Assembly: GCA_964016885.1 (NCBI GenBank)
Contig: OZ024743.1
Span: 231,694,001 to 231,758,000, forward strand
Reading direction: 5' to 3'
From: Eledone cirrhosa
Lineage: Eukaryota
DNA length: 64,000 nt
Shown: positions 40,949 to 54,545 of the stretch, piece by piece
Layout of the letters: every line of letters begins with the position of its first letter
How positions within the stretch are numbered: the stretch's first letter is position 1
Notes under the pieces: generated by a model
Told to the model about the DNA's origin: nothing
Database searches by the model: none
Seen by the model: the letters and a program-made list of their open reading frames with translations, nothing else
Program-made: the position numbers and the translations under genes

Positions 40949-41022
40949 CGAATAGTTTTGTCGCTCTATATGCCTGAATACACGAAATCAAAATCTGAGT
41001 TTTTCGAATAGTAATAATTGTT
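40679..41022. mobile_element. Nested palindrome: family-A mini-element (40800-40915) in (TA)n, inside outer inverted arms of about 80 bp
   Basis: AACAATTATTACTATTCGAAAAACTCAGATTTTG..CAAAACTATTCGTTATA is mirrored at 40940-41022. Confidence 0.8.
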
Positions 41023-43310
41023 TACATCTCCTCCATAACATTGATATCTTGATGGAAGCGCTAGCCATGCTCATTGTTCACATCTCCAAGATTAGCAAGT
41101 AATTCATCGAGATAGCTCTTGTGAAAATGAATCGTTATGCTCATGTTGTAGCCGAAAAGATGAAAGCTATCAAGCAATGTGTCCACTATATCCTTGTAGA
41201 TTGCACAGATATACGTGGTGGTGGGTGCGTGTAATCCCGCTCCTACATGTCTACACAGCTACATGTATATAGATATCACTTGACTCTTACTCCGAGCATT
41301 ATAGTACATATAGCTTATCGGTCAATCTTTCCATTACTTTGGATATTCTATAGTTCTTAACTTCATGTTGTACCTATTATTGATTTTATGACCCTAGAGA
41401 AAGACGGAGGAAGGGAATAATTTGGCCAGAGACTGTTGACATATATTATTGAAGATTAGTCGAAATGTATCCAATGACAGTTGGGAGTGTTAAAATATGT
41501 AACACGCTAAGTTTACCAATTAGTGGTCAGTGCAACGGCTTTTAAAAGATGTTGGGCCTAACATTTGCAAGACACTAGTCTAGAGTCAACTTGAGGTTTA
41601 GGAAGATTCCTTACTCAGGTTTTCATGGACCCGAATAGACCGATAAAAGATTTAGCTCCCAGGCGAAATTTTAAATCAGAAAATGAAGTCTCCGCCTTCA
41701 TACATAAATATTTTTTTGTGGTTTAAATTAATTCTGATATTTTTATTGGGAAGAAGCTGAAATTCCTTATCTATAATAAATGTGAAGAGGCATATGAGAT
41801 CGAAGCAAACGCAGAACGTACGGATTTTACATGAATACATTGTCGCAGGTAGAAATCTCATTATCCACATATATAAGCGCGTCTGTGAGTGTATGTGTGA
41901 GTGAGAGTCAGAATGTGTGTGTCCACGCGCATAGAAGCGTGTATGTATTTATAAACAGGTGGGTGTTTAATGTATGCATATACATATATATAACGAGATC
42001 AAGGCTTTCTTGCAGATGTAGCTCTTTTCAAAGAGTAATGCGAAAGTTATATTCTTTCCTCTGAATCTTCTTCACGCACCGATTTGAAAGGTTTCTTACC
42101 TCAGGCAAAATATAATTTCAGTTAAATTCTGCTCGAGGAGAGCCTGCTACACTGATTTGGGTGAATCTAGATGCCCTATCCTTGATACAAAGACTTCAAC
42201 AATGTACAGTATTTATTGCTTAGTAGTGAACACAACCAGTTGGTCAGATTTTTCAGAGTGATAAATGTAAATTTTAGGGCCGATCTCAGTAGTCTCACCC
42301 TCTTTATGAGTTGTAAAATAAGAACTACCTGCCAAGTGTGTAGGTGTCTAAGTCGCGATTAATCATCTCCCATAATGAAATTCACGAGTGTCTTTTTCAT
42401 ATTCAGTTATACTATAAGTACAATGGCTATGAATCCTGCAGATGTTAGAGCTAGGCTTAGTTTATGTGTACATATATATGTGTACAAATATATGTGTACA
42501 AATATATGTGTACATTCATCAAACATATATACATATATACAAACAGGCATACATGTACTCATTCATACATACTTAATTTACATACATGTATTATATATAC
42601 ATACATACGTATGTATATATATATACTTACATACATAAGCACATGCACACATGCACATATACACACATACATATATGCATACATCAGTTCATACATACAT
42701 ACATACATACATACATACATACATACATACATACATACATACATACATACATACATACATACATACACATACATACTTATAAAATATATGTGTTTGTTTA
42801 TGTGATAGTGTCTTTCTACAAGTGTTTTCTTGTATTTTTATCATCTGCATCAACGTCGTTGTCGTCATCTTTAACATCACCATCATCACTGCCAACATCA
42901 CAAACACCACCACTACCACCACCATCATCGTCGTCGTCGTCGTCATCATCAACGTTGTAGTCGTAATGATTATTATTACCATCGTTGCCATAGCTTTAAG
43001 AATCTGTTACGGTGATCAATACTGGAGCAGCTATAAAAATCGTCTTTTGGGTAATCATTATTATAGCATTGTAAATCTTACTACAGATTAGAGACTGGTA
43101 AATGGAAACAAAAGGATTAAGTATGTTCTATGAAAGCCATCACATTAAACCTATAATCTATAAAGCTTTATTATCAATATCTGACATCAGTGGATTAACC
43201 AGCACCTTTACGAAATGGTACAGGTTGCTCGCGTTGTAATCTATAATTATTATTAATGATTTTCTTGTGCAATTATATTGTAAGAAAGCATTTTTTCCGA
43301 TGTCAAACTT

Positions 43311-43397
<87 letters not shown>

Positions 43398-43522
43398 CGT
43401 GTGTGTGTGTGAGAGAGAGTGCACGTGTGTTTGTGTGTGAGTGTGAGTATGTGTGTCAGTGTGTGTTTGTGTTAGTGTGTGTGTGCATACGCACAAAGAG
43501 AAAAACACCCACATACCTCCCA

Positions 43523-43621
<99 letters not shown>

Positions 43622-44040
43622 TATATATATATATACGTATATATAACAAATGATAAATACCATAATTATAGAGGCAAACAAATTAATTTCAATCCAACGC
43701 TATGCATATCCCACTTGACATAATGTAAACACAGTAATCACGTCCTTCGGAACTATCCCTCCAAACACATACCTATGAATAACTAAACAAACCTATACTA
43801 CTGACAGGGAGGGATGAGACACACACAATAAGGCTGCCACCGTCATATTACGTACTTCTATTTGCATATATACGTATTTCCTGGGGGTGTGTGTATGCTT
43901 GTGTAGGTATTTGTGTGTGCATATGTGTGAATAATCATTACAGTTGAGCATCCTATCATGTAATAGCATCTACACTCTACTATCCTTACGCAATAAGTGG
44001 AATAAAGAGATCTTACTTGACTTAACTAGTAATATTTGTA

Positions 44041-44132
<92 letters not shown>

Positions 44133-44202
44133 GTGAGGTTTTTTCACGAAATGAAAAAAAAATGAGGTGTCCTACACGAGTAAAAGTATAAGGAAAACAG
44201 AT

Positions 44203-44410
44203 GAAATCCAAAATGCAACTGGAGACTTTTTTTTTTTAAATATACTTATTTGGTTCCTTTACCGGGTTTGTGGTTTTTCTCACATGTGAGAAAAACCACA
44301 ACCCCTCCATCTCAATTCTACTTTTGAAAACCACAAGACCTGCGAAACCGCTAAAGGAACCATATAAATATATTTAAAAAAAAAAAGACTCCAGTTTCAT
44401 TTTGGATTTC
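44203..44410. mobile_element. Short fold-back element with a degenerate HHR motif
   Basis: Arms AAATCCAAAATG..GGTTCCTTTA / TAAAGGAACC..CATTTTGGATTT. Motif CTT-TTGAAAA..GCGAAACCGCTA-AAG. Inner palindrome GTGGTTTTTCTCACATGTGAGAAAAACCAC. Confidence 0.65.
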
Positions 44411-45270
44411 AACTTTTATCCCTGTATATATATGACAGAATGAACATATATATATATATATCAATATATATGTTCATTCTGTCATTACCACAGCAAAGTT
44501 CCGACGACCTTTCTATTCCAGAGTAGGGCCAGTGCGATACAGATCGAACATTGAGCTGCTCAGTAGCGAAACGCATGTCACCCATCAAGAAACGTAATGA
44601 AGGCTCAACAAATTGTCCTTGTATATATGTGTGTCTGAGTGTGTGTGCGTGTGAGTGTGTGTATGTGTGTGTTTGTATGTCTGTGTGGGCGTGTATAGTT
44701 ATGTGTAGACTTGGGTTGCATATGGAATTACATACGAAATATTCATATATAATAGCCTCGCTATGAATTTTAAACAGCGTGATCATGTCACTGCTTTTCT
44801 AAGCAACTGAGGGAGAGCTCCACTATATATTATACATGAAGATTTCGTATATGATGCAATATACAAACCCTGTTGCACATACAAGCGTGTGCTCCAAATG
44901 CATTTGTTCAGCAAATTGTAAATAACGAGGTTGAAATCAATTTTATCTAACCCCTTATCATAATTAACTCCTAATATTTTTCTTATGTCCGAGTGCCCCA
45001 TATTAGTGAAATCATGCAGCTATAATTAACATTACCACCAATCCCAGCCAATCTGACAATGTTCCTGTCATTTGCTGACCGACTAGCATTGAATTGGGTC
45101 GGACGCCATGCTTTGCAGCATAGAGTTACGCCCGTTTATTGTCTGAGTTCAAATCTCACCCAGGTTAACTTTGCCTTTCATCCTTACGGGGTCGATAAAA
45201 TAAAGTACCAGTAATGCACTGGGATAATTGTTGCCTTGTGTCAAAAGTAGAAACAATTATATATATAGAT

Positions 45271-45412
45271 AACGAAGGAAGTGTGGTAACGAACCAGGTG
45301 GACCATAACGCACCAGAGTACTCAATACTTAGAGTAGTAGAGTGGGTAATAGGAAAATGTTCAAGACGCCGACGGCTTGAGCTCTGCCGTCGAGGTCTTG
45401 AACATCCTCCTA
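45271..45412 (-). mobile_element. Family-A mini-element, minus orientation
   Basis: Reverse-complemented family tail (AACGAAGGAA..CCATAACGCACCAGAGTACTCAATACT) plus a short fold-back ending CCTA(TA)n. Confidence 0.75.
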
Positions 45413-45737
45413 TATATATATATATGAATGTGTGTGTGTGTATGTGTGTGTGTGTAAGTGTGTATGTATGTATGCATATATTTATGTATGTATGTGTGTA
45501 GGTGTATGTTTCTCGATTGACAACTGTCGAAACCACTTCATCTTTAAATAGCAGATTTATATAATGAATAATATAACAAATAAAAAAGAATGTATGAAGA
45601 AAGAGAAACTACGAGTACATAAAATAGAAACAAATCATTTAATTATCAGTACAGCGAATAAATACGCGTAAAGAAGAGTTCAGTATATGTACATATGGGA
45701 ATATATGTCGGAATATATATATACATATATATATATA

Positions 45738-45946
45738 AGTCGATCGACATTCGTCAAATCGGACCGAGGAAACAATGTTTCCGTTTGTCTTTCCAATTGT
45801 TAATACTCTCTATTGGTTGCAACTCCAGGTAGAACGAGCAACGTGAAATAAAGTGTCTTGCCCAAGGACATAACGCATCATCTGGTTCGAGAATCGAACT
45901 CACAACCTCACGATTGCGAATCCAATTCTCTAACCACTCAGCCACA
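45738..45946 (-). mobile_element. tRNA-derived SINE, same subfamily as 5232-5442
   Basis: The reverse complement aligns end to end with 5232-5442. Confidence 0.75.
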
Positions 45947-45965
45947 CACAATCACATACACACAC

Positions 45966-45996
<31 letters not shown>

Positions 45997-45997
45997 G

Positions 45998-47178
<1,181 letters not shown>

Positions 47179-47348
47179 GATAACAGGTTATCGTTATAGG
47201 CTGTCCACTTAGATGTAGTTCAGTTAGAGTACTCCGTATAGTGGATAGTATTAACGTGTGGCTTAGTTTGAATCAACAAGACGTTTCCATAGTGATGCTG
47301 CGAATTGACGGTGATTTGTATGTAGTTTATACTTGGAGTAATAATAAT

Positions 47349-50300
47349 TCAAGAAAGAAGAGTGTCATGGTTTGGTATACAATAAGGGCTTTATTCACAT
47401 TGCTGACAATTGTTTCTTTGATCTGGTAGGTCTAGAGTTCGCTACTCGCCTGATTTTGAGTCAATCGATATCCAATACTTTGTTTATAACCAGTCGTTTT
47501 CATCAGAGCACGCGAAAATGAAGAAGATACACAAGGCATCGCTTTTATAGAGGCGTGGTATTAAACCGGAACAATAATATCAATAATAAAATAACTAGAG
47601 AGTGAATAGTTAAAATGATAACATCAATATAAGTAAGAAATAGAGTATAATGATGAATCTAGCATGTTAAACGAACTGATATGATACATATGTATGAAAT
47701 TGACATGTGAAAACTGCTATAGAGTACATTAGATGTAGTGTTAAGGTGGTGACGATAAAATGTACATGGAGTCAGGATTTATGAGGTATATACTTTGCTG
47801 TGGGTATGAGGGCACGCTGGCAATAAACCGGAGATGTATTTATTGTTTGACAGATAAACATGTTCTTTGTATTAATTTAGTGAAAATGATAGTTTTTTAT
47901 GTGGTGTTAAGTGGAGTTGTAGATTTGTCATTTAAGTGGCCTATTCTGAAAGTTGGGATTGTTAGTTGGAATTATGGGGGTTTGGTTTTCACAACATCAA
48001 TAACAAATCGTGTATAAATAAGACAATAATGACGACAATAATAAAGATAATAAAGATAATAAAATAGTAAAATATGCATGGTAGATATAGAGAACATGAT
48101 GAATAATATTAGGGATACATTGAGATGATCATAATAATAATGATTTCATTTATTAACCACAAGTGCCAACATGTAAGGGACAATACAAAGACAGGGACAG
48201 TGGGGGTTTACAATAAGGTCGAGTAAAAGTGCACAATGGCAAGACTAATTTAACAATCGGGTGACTCGGGTACCCCACCAATCCTGAACCACCCTGCGCT
48301 TCTAGGGCACCCAGGGAGAGTACCCCTCTCCTCAAGTTAGCTAGCCTATAGGCACATGGTCAGAGTAAGCCCATTCACACGAGCCATTCCCGCCACATTC
48401 ACCCACCTTTTAGCAAATGTACTGGGGGGCAGCACTTCTCTCTCCACCCTCACCTTCCTTTCCAGGTGAAACTTGAAGAAGTTGATGAGGCATTGGCCGA
48501 AGAGAAAAGTGTCTGTCTTCAGTCCTTTTAACCTGGTCCACCATATAACCTCTTTCGCAACTGCCACCAGACAGAGGAAAATGTCCTGCTCTTCCTGACC
48601 TAAGGAAGGCGGCGGGTCGATCTTCACTATTGACTCGGCCGATAGCCGGATTCGTTCCACACGCGACAGTAGCTGTTCGACATAACTCCACAAGTCAGTA
48701 ATGCACGGACATTGGACAAGTGCGTGCAGAACGGTTTCGTCGTTATGTGTGCATCTTGGGCAGGTCCGTCTGACAGCACTTCCGTGCCTGTAGAGTTTAT
48801 CCCGAACCGGCAGTGCCCCCCACCCCGGTAGCACTGCCAAGCGAGGGATTTCTGGAAATTGTCCATCGTCCCCGGCTCAAAAGTCCTCCGGTACAGACTG
48901 GTCAGTTCGACTTCGTCGAGGCCCAAAGCTTCTCCGAGTGAGTCATCGCACTTGCCCACCACTAATCCTCTATAGAACTCGAGAGTGGAAGTTCCACTGA
49001 TCGCATTGCCCGCTTGGTAGAGGGCAGTGAGTTCCTGGCAACATTTCAGGTGCCAGTAACCCAGTCTCGGTCTCTTCTTGACCTAGGACTGGAGCTCAGT
49101 CAAAGAAATGAGCTGCGGAAAGGCCCGTCTGATAAACGGAGACCACACCTGTTCACCGTTGAGGCAGAATATCTGGAGATGTCGCAGCCTCAACGCATGT
49201 CTGCGCATCATTAGCCACGGCATGCCCAGCCCTCCGCGTAGAGGGTCATGGCAGCAGATGGACCGCCTCACCAACGGAACTTGTCCTCTCCACAAGAATT
49301 TGAAGAGGAGACGTTCCAACTTGACGAGGTGCGGACGGGGGCAAGGCACGACGGTTAGGCGGTAGTAGATGACGGACGCGATGTACGCATTCGCCACCTC
49401 CGCGCGACCTTTCAGTGATAGCTTCCTCCCAGCCCATTTTTGGGGGAGACTGGCTACTCTGTTCGTTACCTCGTCCCAATTCTTTTCCACCTGGTAGTCT
49501 GGTCCGAATCAAACCCCGAGCAACTTTACCGGTCTGTCCGTCCAGCGCCCCACGACGCTGTTGGACGGCATGGGCGTAGCTCACCCGGTTCCGAGCTGCA
49601 AGCCCACCGACTTTTCCGGGTTAAGTTTGGCTCCTGTCAACCTTTCATATTCCTTCAATAAGGTGCCGACCACCTCGATTTCTGAGGTATTCGACACCAT
49701 CACGGTGATGTCGTCTGCATAAGCCGACACCGCCTTTCCACATCCCGGTTCGAGCGGGATGCCCTGCAACAGCTCCAGTTTCCGCAGTAAAGGCTCGAGA
49801 GTCAATACGTACAGAAGGGAAGAGAGAGGGCACCCTTGACAGACCGATCGGGAGAGCCGAAATGGTTCCGAGGGGTGGCCATTAACCTTGACCACCGAGC
49901 GTGTGCCGCTGGGCATTGCAGCGATCCAGCTTCTGAAGACAGGGCCGAAGCCATCTGCTTTGAGGACAAACTCCAGATACCGATGGTCGACCCTATCGAA
50001 TGCTTTCGATTGATCTAAATTGATCAGTGCCCCACCGAAGCCAGGTTTACACCCCACCCACTCTATGATGTATCGCATGAGTTGGAGATTGTCGTGTATG
50101 GACCTGGCTGTGTTTGCGCAAGTTTGCGCCTCCCCAACCAAATCCTCGACGTCAAGCGCCAGTCTCTTTGCTAACACCTTGGCCAAAATCTTAAACTCTG
50201 TGTTGAGCAGAGTTATGGGCCTGAAGTTGTCTAATGTATCCCTCTTGTTCTCGTCTTTCCTTATCAGCGTCACCACTCCCCTGCTCACAGAACTGGGAAT

Positions 50301-52033
50301 ACTCCCATTCTGCTGCCAGTTGCAGTAAAGTGCTTCGAGGAGTTCGGAGAACAAGTCTGGCATATTTACGTAAAGCTCGTAGGGCAGGCCATCCAAACCA
50401 GATGACTTGCGCCTTATGCAGCCGACAAAGGCGTCCTGAATTTCGGCTGAAGTAATTGGCCTTTCGGAGCGCTCAGCGTCGATAATCAAGATAGGGACTG
50501 AAATCCGCTACTCTCTCTGACTCGCCACTCTCCCCGAACAACCGAGCAAATTGCTGGCGAAAGGCCTCACACATCCGCTTGGAATCGCTTATCTCGTGTC
50601 CGTCTTGGTCCGCCAAAGACCAAATTGTGGTTTTATTACCACGCTGCGCCTCCGCCACGCGGGGCCATCGAACAGCTTTGGTTCCCTCGTTTCTCAGCGC
50701 ACGCGCCTTAGCTCTGACAATGCAACCTTCGTGTTTCGCATTGAAGAAATGGTCTAATGCCGTTCTCGCCGCTAGCACGTCAGTTGCAATGCCACTACAA
50801 ATAGCCTCGTCTAACTTATCTACCAGCTCCCCCTCCTTTCTATTTTTCTCTAACGCTTGTTCTTTGCTGAACTCTATCGAAGTTACTCTAATCTCTCTTT
50901 TGAGAGCCCCCCACCATCTGTTGTTGATGATCCCTCCTGTCAACTTTTGCTTAACTAAATTGTTGACTCGGTCCCTGTAAGTATTACGTGCCGGAAATGA
51001 CATGTTCAGCTTCTAGTAACCCGGTCCTCACCTACGCGTTTTATCTAGGTCGACCGTACAGATCACAAATTTGTGATCTGAAAAAGCGACCATTTTAAAA
51101 AGTGGGCAGCTCACACTATTTCTATCAATTTTCCTAATGAAGATCCTGTCTATATACGATCTAGATGACCCCATTCGGTTGGTCCATGTCCACATTGGCA
51201 CATTGGGGAAATCTAGTCGATATCTGTCAGACAGTTGGAACTGGCTGAGTAGGTGCTTGAGGCTTTTGCACCCCCCGCTCCTATCGGCTACTCCCACACA
51301 ATCCCAGCGTGCGTCTAAGATGCCATTCCAGTCCCCCGCTAACAGTAAAGGGCGAGACGTACCCAGAAAGGTCTCCAGGCGCCTAAAGAAGTCCGGTCGT
51401 CCGGCTCATGTAGGGGCGTCGACGGCCAGCAGTCTAAAGGCACCACCTTCGCTACTGCTCACATCAAAGACCACCAACTTACCATCCGGGTCCCGGAAGA
51501 TCGACCTTACCTCGAGATCCAGTCCTTTCCTAAACAGCACTTCCACCCCACTCCCCATTCCCGGTCTGCTAACAGATGCGAAGATCTGATAGTCGCGCGT
51601 GTCGGAAATTCTGGTCTCGCTGACGGCAATCACATCCATTTCCAGCGAGCTGAGGGCGTTGAGCAGGCGACCCTGCTTCCAGGGTGACCCCCAGGCCGCG
51701 AACATATAAACTTCCTATTCTTAATATGGCCATATTGGTAAGCTTAAGAGGAAAGTAAGATTTCAAGGAGTGTAGGAGTAATAAGATAATGTACTTAGAA
51801 TTAAGTTCATCTGTTAGAGATCATGAGTGAGCTACGTAGATATAATTTTGTGTATCTTCTTCATTTTCGCATGCTCTGATGAAAACGACTGGTTATAAAC
51901 AAAGTATTGGAGATTGATTGACGCTAAATCAAGCGAGTAGCGAACTCTAGACCTTCCAGATCAAAGAAACAATTGTCAGCAATGTGAATAAAGGCCTTAT
52001 TGTACAGCAAACCATGTCACTCTTCTTTCTTGA
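47349..52033. mobile_element. Pair of inverted arms of about 185 bp (47349-47534 and 51848-52033), each with a type I hammerhead, enclosing the Tx1-like LINE
   Basis: TGCT-CTGATGA...GAAA-CAATTG-TC-AGCA at 51872-51981 (+) and 47401-47510 (-). Confidence 0.75.
48150..51775 (-). pseudogene. Degraded Tx1/L1-clade LINE ORF2 (APE endonuclease, RT, C-terminal zinc finger)
   Basis: Fragments IGSLYVRGL..DVIAVSETR, SRSYIDRIF..FSDHK, FRPITLLNTEFKILAK..LDQSKAFDRVDH..QGCPLS..AYADD and CPRC..ETVLHALVQC, in several frames. AATAAA lies near the 3' end (about 48150). Confidence 0.9.
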
Positions 52034-52239
52034 TATATATTGTTATATATATATATAAGTAAATATACACGGGTGTGTATGATTGTGTATAGAAGATTAT
52101 ATTAATAAAAGGAATTCCAACTTTGATTTACTCGTTTTATTTACAATCCTTTAAAATGATAATGATATTATTATGAAATAGTATGGTAGAATATTAAGGT
52201 AGAATATTAAATGTTAAATGTTAATTAAACATACATTCA

Positions 52240-52790
52240 TGTGTGCATGTATGTATGTATGTATGTATATACATACTAGTGTACGTCTGTATACATATAT
52301 GTATGTAAATATACATACTTATATTTAAGTATCAGCCGTACTAAGAGTGAGAAATGAAATTTCATTTTTTCCATCTATCGTTTTCGGTACGCCCGGTCGA
52401 CTAACTCACTCGATATGCAAACTAGGCTGCTCAGCCATTAATATGCATAAGGAACGTATACACATCGACTGACAGGAAGGTAAACGATACTGATGACAAC
52501 TAATAAGCTAGAAACTAGTTCGTCGTTACTTAGTCAGTGCTGAACAAAAGGGCAACGATGGTTGCCGAACACTGTACGGCTACTAATTCGGGGTGTTTGT
52601 TTACAAACAAACCGAGCATTATAATAAATGTTCAGTAAACCCATACGTACATATATATATATGTGTGCATGTATGTATGTACATACTAATGTACGCCTGT
52701 ATACATATATGTATGTACGTATACATACTTATATTTAAGTATCAGCCGTACTAAGAGTGGGAAATTAAATTTCATTTTTTCCATCTATAT
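52240..52790 (+). mobile_element. Direct repeats of about 130 bp (about 52240-52378 and 52662-52788) bracketing a minimal hammerhead-like motif (52483-52527)
   Basis: The repeat includes GCCGTACTAAGAGTG(A/G)GAAAT(G/T)AAATTTC, also found inverted at about 11568-11620. HHR: AACGATA-CTGATGA-CAACTAATAAGCTA-GAAA-CTAG-TT-CGTCGTT. Confidence 0.6.
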
Positions 52791-52978
52791 ATATACAGTA
52801 TATATATATACAGTATATATATATATACAGTATATATATATACAGTATATATATATATACTATTTATCTTACTGGTAATAAGGTAGTAATAAATTACTGT
52901 CTTTCACTATTTAGGGTTTAAAATATATATAACTATAAAAGGTTTTAGTATATACATAACCATAAATAGTATCCTTAA

Positions 52979-53026
<48 letters not shown>

Positions 53027-53622
53027 TAACCTATCAGCAGTCCATTCATATATATATATGAATGGGCTGATGAGACGTTAATTTCCTCATATCGACATTC
53101 TGGGCTCGTTCCCATTTTATTGGGACTTAAACTCGTGTCGTTTAAAATTTCGTCGTATCAACCCAATGGGATTGACAGAAATTCTCTTGACGGATACCTT
53201 GTGCTCTTCTATCAAATGGACTGTACCTATGATTCAAAAGACCAAGTGTATAAGAGTCGGTTTTAAGAAATGGGGCTTAGTGTTTAAGGGTTCGGCTCAC
53301 TATTGTAATTTTGACATTTCAATTACCGGGTAGGTTCTGTGTCTTTGAACAGGACACATGAATTCACATAACATCGGACCTTTCAGCTGTAAGAATGTTT
53401 TGTAGATATAATTCAAAGCTTCGGCGGCATACCACATCGTGTCTTATGGAATCTCCATCGGGATTGTTTTATAGGTAGACGAGTCTGTATAATGGTCAAT
53501 CATCTGCATGTTAATTTCATAAGTCAACTCTGATCCAACTGGTGGATCACTTGTCATGAGAACCAAAGTAGAACCAACACACAAACACAAACAAACACAC
53601 ACACGCACACACACACACACAC

Positions 53623-53713
<91 letters not shown>

Positions 53714-53914
53714 CACGCGCGCACACACACACATGAGTGTTTGTAGAATAGTAAGATGTATGCGATTAAATTTGAATAGATCAAATGATGGAAGCACTGG
53801 AATATTCATATTCTAATCTGATGGACATAGATTTACATACATAGAGTTCTATATGTCTTACGTATTTATATATGTATGTATGTATATAATGTAAATATGT
53901 ATGTATGTATGTAT

Positions 53915-54490
53915 GTAGGTACAACCTGTCTCATGGTCGGGTTGTTGGCGACTAAACTGGCAACCCCACCAAGGTTTCTTGGTGAGGAGGGTGACTTTGG
54001 ACATCCTGCAGGACTAAAAACAAAACCTGTCAAAGGGCAAAGGAGCTCTCAAGTGTCAATGGCCATCCAAAATCACCGGGAGAGATGACCCCTTAGCCTT
54101 TGTCAAGGCAGAATTCTAGGAGAAGGAAAACTCTGATATAGCACCTGCAACCCTGATGGTATCCAATGATGTTGACTTGTTCTTCTTTTTGGTGAATATC
54201 ATCTTGGTTAAGAGAGTGGGACTGGCTTTGTGCAGTGCCTTTGCTCACTATAAAAGCTTCACGGCCCAGGCATTGCTTTATATCTGGAAATCTCTCTGCA
54301 CTTGTCGTCACATGGTACCATGGGCCCAGCACTATGTTTCAATAATTGTCACAAGTGTAGTGTTAGTACCAGAGTTTTCAAGTCGCTGGCTGGACTAAAA
54401 AGTCACACTCGTTCAGCGCAGCTGTAGGGGTTCTCCTACATGGATATAAAGTAGTGGCCGTACTCGAAAACGAGTTAGCAGCCACCATGC
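53915..54490 (+). mobile_element. Repeat homologous to the RTE 5' leader
   Basis: Shares GACCCCTTAGCC..TCTAGGAGAAGG..CCTGC..GATGTTGA..GAGAGTGGGA with 60700-60950. Confidence 0.65.
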
Positions 54491-54523
<33 letters not shown>

Positions 54524-54545
54524 TGTATGTATGTATGTATGTATG

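Noticed and set aside
53030-53185. Small hairpin followed by CTGATGAGACG...CGTC
   Set aside because: GAAA and the stem I partner are not recognisable; too degenerate to call a hammerhead.
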